From the NCBI GenBank assembly GCA_029259335.1, contig JAPDIY010000003.1:725-64724 (forward strand): a DNA stretch of 64,000 nt. The letters run 5' to 3'. Made by a program: the position numbers and the translations under genes. The stretch is from Archaeoglobi archaeon (lineage in GTDB: Archaea > Halobacteriota > Archaeoglobi > Archaeoglobales > Archaeoglobaceae). Below are positions 61,263 to 64,000 of this stretch, one piece after another. The notes beneath the pieces are model-generated. The model worked only from the letters and a program-made list of their open reading frames with translations, was not told the DNA's origin and ran no database searches. Each line of letters begins with the position of its first letter. Position 1 is the stretch's first letter.

Positions 61263-62477
61263 ATGGATTCATTAAAAATGGAATTACCACATTCTGTTAA
61301 AAGATACGATTTTCATCCAATACAGAGAATTTTGTATTCTCAAGATCTACTCAAAATCTCCCCCTTCCTTAGGAGATTTATAAAATATCCTCTCTGTATT
61401 GTCCAGCCTGAAAACGACGAGGAGGTTATCTCGATACTCGAAATGAGTAGGAGGCTTAAGATTCCCATTGTCCCACGAGGAGCGGCAACGTCTGCTTATG
61501 GTGGTGCTACAACTCTCAAAAACTGCATAGTTGTTGATTTTACGAGAATGAACAGGTTTGAGCTTAAAGATGGAAGCGTTGTGGCAGAGAGCGGGGTGGT
61601 GTGGCTTGATCTTGAGAAGGAGCTAAATAAGGCTGGTTACGCTCTCAGGGTTTATCCGACCAGTGCTCCGGCCTCAACGGTTGGTGGATGGATAGCGCAG
61701 GGTGGTTACGGGATCGGAAGTCTGAAGTATGGCGATATAAAGAAAAATATCGAGTGGATTGAAGTAGCGGATTTTGATGGAGTGAAGAGGGTTAAAGGGG
61801 AAGATCTGAAGTACTATGTTGGACTGTTCGGAACTACTGGTTTGGTGCTCAGAGCGTGCTTAAAACTGAGGGAAAACAGAAAACTCAGCAATTATGCCGT
61901 TAAATGCAGCTTTGAAGAGGCTCTTGACTTGACGGATGGAGCTTATCACGCTTCTTACATGAACAAAAGTTTAGGCAACATGATTGGTTGCGGGGACGCA
62001 GATGTTCTCTTGCTGACATTTGAAGAACCTCCTTCTGATTTGAGTTATTTTGACGAAGTTTTGGGCAGTAAAATCTGGGACAACAGATTCAACTTGCTTA
62101 AAGCCGCAAGGAATGCAGACATAATATTCACGGAGGCAATTTTACCCTACGAATCAGCATCTGAATTTTACTCGAAAATGGCAAATTTTGCGGTTAAAGT
62201 GATCTTTACCACGGATTGTGTTGTATTTCTCGGAGTGCTTCCGCTGAGAGGATACTACCGTACTGTAATGAAGGCTGTAAAGTTCATAAAGGTGGCAGAA
62301 AAATACGGAGGGAGGGTGTATTCAACTGGTATGCTGTTTCCGCACAAAAATATCGTTGGTGGGGAGATTAAAGAGTACAAAAAGGCTGTCGATCCTGAAA
62401 ATCTGCTAAATCCCGGAAAGGCTGTGCAGGGCAATGTAATTTCTAGGCTGATCAGATTGGCGGAGATGGTACCATGA
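61263..62477 (+). CDS. FAD-binding oxidoreductase (GlcD/D-lactate dehydrogenase-like)
   Basis: PRGAATS, STVGGWI, GLFGTTG, DPENLLNPGK. Confidence 0.85.
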   Translation: MDSLKMELPHSVKRYDFHPIQRILYSQDLLKISPFLRRFIKYPLCIVQPENDEEVISILEMSRRLKIPIVPRGAATSAYGGATTLKNCIVVDFTRMNRFELKDGSVVAESGVVWLDLEKELNKAGYALRVYPTSAPASTVGGWIAQGGYGIGSLKYGDIKKNIEWIEVADFDGVKRVKGEDLKYYVGLFGTTGLVLRACLKLRENRKLSNYAVKCSFEEALDLTDGAYHASYMNKSLGNMIGCGDADVLLLTFEEPPSDLSYFDEVLGSKIWDNRFNLLKAARNADIIFTEAILPYESASEFYSKMANFAVKVIFTTDCVVFLGVLPLRGYYRTVMKAVKFIKVAEKYGGRVYSTGMLFPHKNIVGGEIKEYKKAVDPENLLNPGKAVQGNVISRLIRLAEMVP

Positions 62478-63577
62478 ATATCCGGGAAGTGGCAGCGAAG
62501 TGCAGTAAGTGCGGATATTGCAACGTCTGTCCAACCTACCGAATCGAAGGATGGGAATCCGTTTCGCCAAGAGGGAAGATGCAGATAGCTCTTGCTTTTC
62601 TGAATGGAGACATTAAAATTGATGCAAAGACTGTGAAAGACATCTTCAAGTGCTCTGTATGTGGACTCTGTGAGGAAGTGTGTCCGGTTGATCTACCCCT
62701 GATCAGTTTCTGGGAAGAGTTGAGATACGAGCTGACGAAGAGAGGATATGCTCCTCTTTCTGTCCATAAGAAGCTCAAGGAGATTACCTACAGGCATTTC
62801 AACCCGTACAGTGGAGAGCAGGAAAAAAGAGATGAATGGGTGGACTTTGAAATCAAACCGGCGAAAACCCTGTACTTTGCAGGCTGTACTGCGAGTTTCA
62901 AACTGCAGAATCTGGCCAAGGCCACTGCGAACGCTCTTAGCAAGCTCGGTATCGAGTTTACAGTTGCCGGAAGAAACGAGTACTGCTGTGGCTCTCCCTT
63001 CCTGAGGACGGGGCAGAGAGATATTTTCGAGAAACTGTTTGAGAAAAACTTCAGATACTGGGAAAAGGCTGGGATAGAGAGAATAATAACCTCCTGCCCC
63101 GGATGTTACAGAACACTATCTCTTGACTATCCAAAGATTGCCGAAGAAAAGGGATACGAGTTCAACATAGAGGTCGTTCACACTGTTTCGATTCTTGAAA
63201 GAGAGGGTAAATTCGAGAAGATTGAGAAGGTTAAGGGAACCTACCACGATCCATGCCATCTTGGCAGGCATATGGGGATGTATGACGAACCGAGAAATGT
63301 AATAAGAAAGCTGGGCATCGATTTCGTGGAAATGGAGAGAGTGAGAGAACATTCGCTTTGCTGTGGAGCTGGTGGTGGTTTGAGAAGCCAGTTCAAGGAG
63401 ATATCCTTTGAAATAGGCAGACAGAGAGTTCTGGAGGCGATGGAAACTGGAGCGGAGTATCTCATAACCTGCTGCCCTTTCTGCGAGTATCACCTCTCCA
63501 AATCTGCGGAGAAGCTCGGAAACAAAATTAAAGTCGTTGACTTAGTTGAAATAGCAGAAAAGCTAATCTCTCTCTGA
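62474..63577 (+). CDS. Fe-S/CCG-domain protein (GlcF/HdrD-like)
   Basis: Two CxxCxxCxxxCP-type motifs, CCG, HDPCHLGR, CCGAGGG. Confidence 0.88.
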   Translation: MNIREVAAKCSKCGYCNVCPTYRIEGWESVSPRGKMQIALAFLNGDIKIDAKTVKDIFKCSVCGLCEEVCPVDLPLISFWEELRYELTKRGYAPLSVHKKLKEITYRHFNPYSGEQEKRDEWVDFEIKPAKTLYFAGCTASFKLQNLAKATANALSKLGIEFTVAGRNEYCCGSPFLRTGQRDIFEKLFEKNFRYWEKAGIERIITSCPGCYRTLSLDYPKIAEEKGYEFNIEVVHTVSILEREGKFEKIEKVKGTYHDPCHLGRHMGMYDEPRNVIRKLGIDFVEMERVREHSLCCGAGGGLRSQFKEISFEIGRQRVLEAMETGAEYLITCCPFCEYHLSKSAEKLGNKIKVVDLVEIAEKLISL

Positions 63578-64000
63578 AAGACACTCTTCTTCCGTTGTAA
63601 CTCGCATGAAAAAGGGAGTTGAGCAGATCGCTGTTTTGAGGTAATAATGTTACAGCCATACCAACCGATCTTGCAGAATGGGCATCGCTGCCAGCTATGC
63701 CGGGCTTCGAGAACTTTCTTGCATATCTTTTTGCAAGGAAATTAAAGTAGCTCTTGGAATTGAAAATTTCAACGCCATCAACCACCTGAAAATCAGAAAT
63801 TCTAACACTGCCCCCGCGAATGAAGTCGAATGGATGGGCAAGAAAGCAAACACCCCCCAGAGATCTGACAGCATCGCATGTTTCCTTCATGCTCATCTTC
63901 GGCTCAACATCCTCAGTCATCCCGTAAGCAAGCAGATGTCCGCTTGAGGTGGTTATCTCACATCCGGGAATAACTCTCAGCGGCAAGTGTTCCTCTTCAA
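63528..64000 (-). CDS. PHP-domain phosphoesterase (5' end beyond window)
   Basis: IPGCEI, GHLL, AHPF, GSDAH. Confidence 0.85.
   Translation of the reverse strand, partial: EEEHLPLRVIPGCEITTSSGHLLAYGMTEDVEPKMSMKETCDAVRSLGGVCFLAHPFDFIRGGSVRISDFQVVDGVEIFNSKSYFNFLAKRYARKFSKPGIAGSDAHSARSVGMAVTLLPQNSDLLNSLFHASYNGRRVSFRERLAFLLFQLSQRL

Noticed and set aside
20-63947. Numerous 60-200 aa ORFs antisense to or nested in recognised genes
   Set aside because: Shadow ORFs with no motifs, overlapping well-supported genes

Overview
Archaeal chromosome segment whose gene content and order (glyS-cofD, sdhABCD, rpl11-spt5-secE-ftsZ, gyrB, eIF2-alpha-nop10-PAC2, mcm, pdxST) point to an Archaeoglobus-like euryarchaeon (inference from recognised proteins, no search run). 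Most of it is core genome, with three tRNAs (Ser-GCT, Ala-TGC, Gln-CTG) and one canonical double-guide C/D box sRNA. Three accessory regions stand out. (1) A ~1.9 kb decayed element at tRNA-Ala, bounded by a 36 bp att repeat, keeps an intact DUF433/PIN toxin-antitoxin pair. (2) A ~9.6 kb graveyard at tRNA-Gln holds a split, frameshifted tyrosine integrase and contractile-tail baseplate/fibre genes. It is interrupted by an unusual element with two convergent IS6-like DDE transposases, a Cas4-like nuclease and an AbrB/DUF2080-like regulator, followed by an IS630 and a broken IS701/IS4-like IS. (3) A ~4.7 kb block with very AT-rich flanks between gyrB and pyrK encodes a wHTH regulator, a KaiC-like ATPase-roadblock-FIST-like operon and, convergently, an unannotated 22-aa micropeptide coupled to a UbiA prenyltransferase: a candidate prenylated-peptide signalling system. 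The dual-transposase/Cas4 element and the micropeptide/UbiA/KaiC block are the best candidates for undescribed systems. All family assignments are by motif recognition only.
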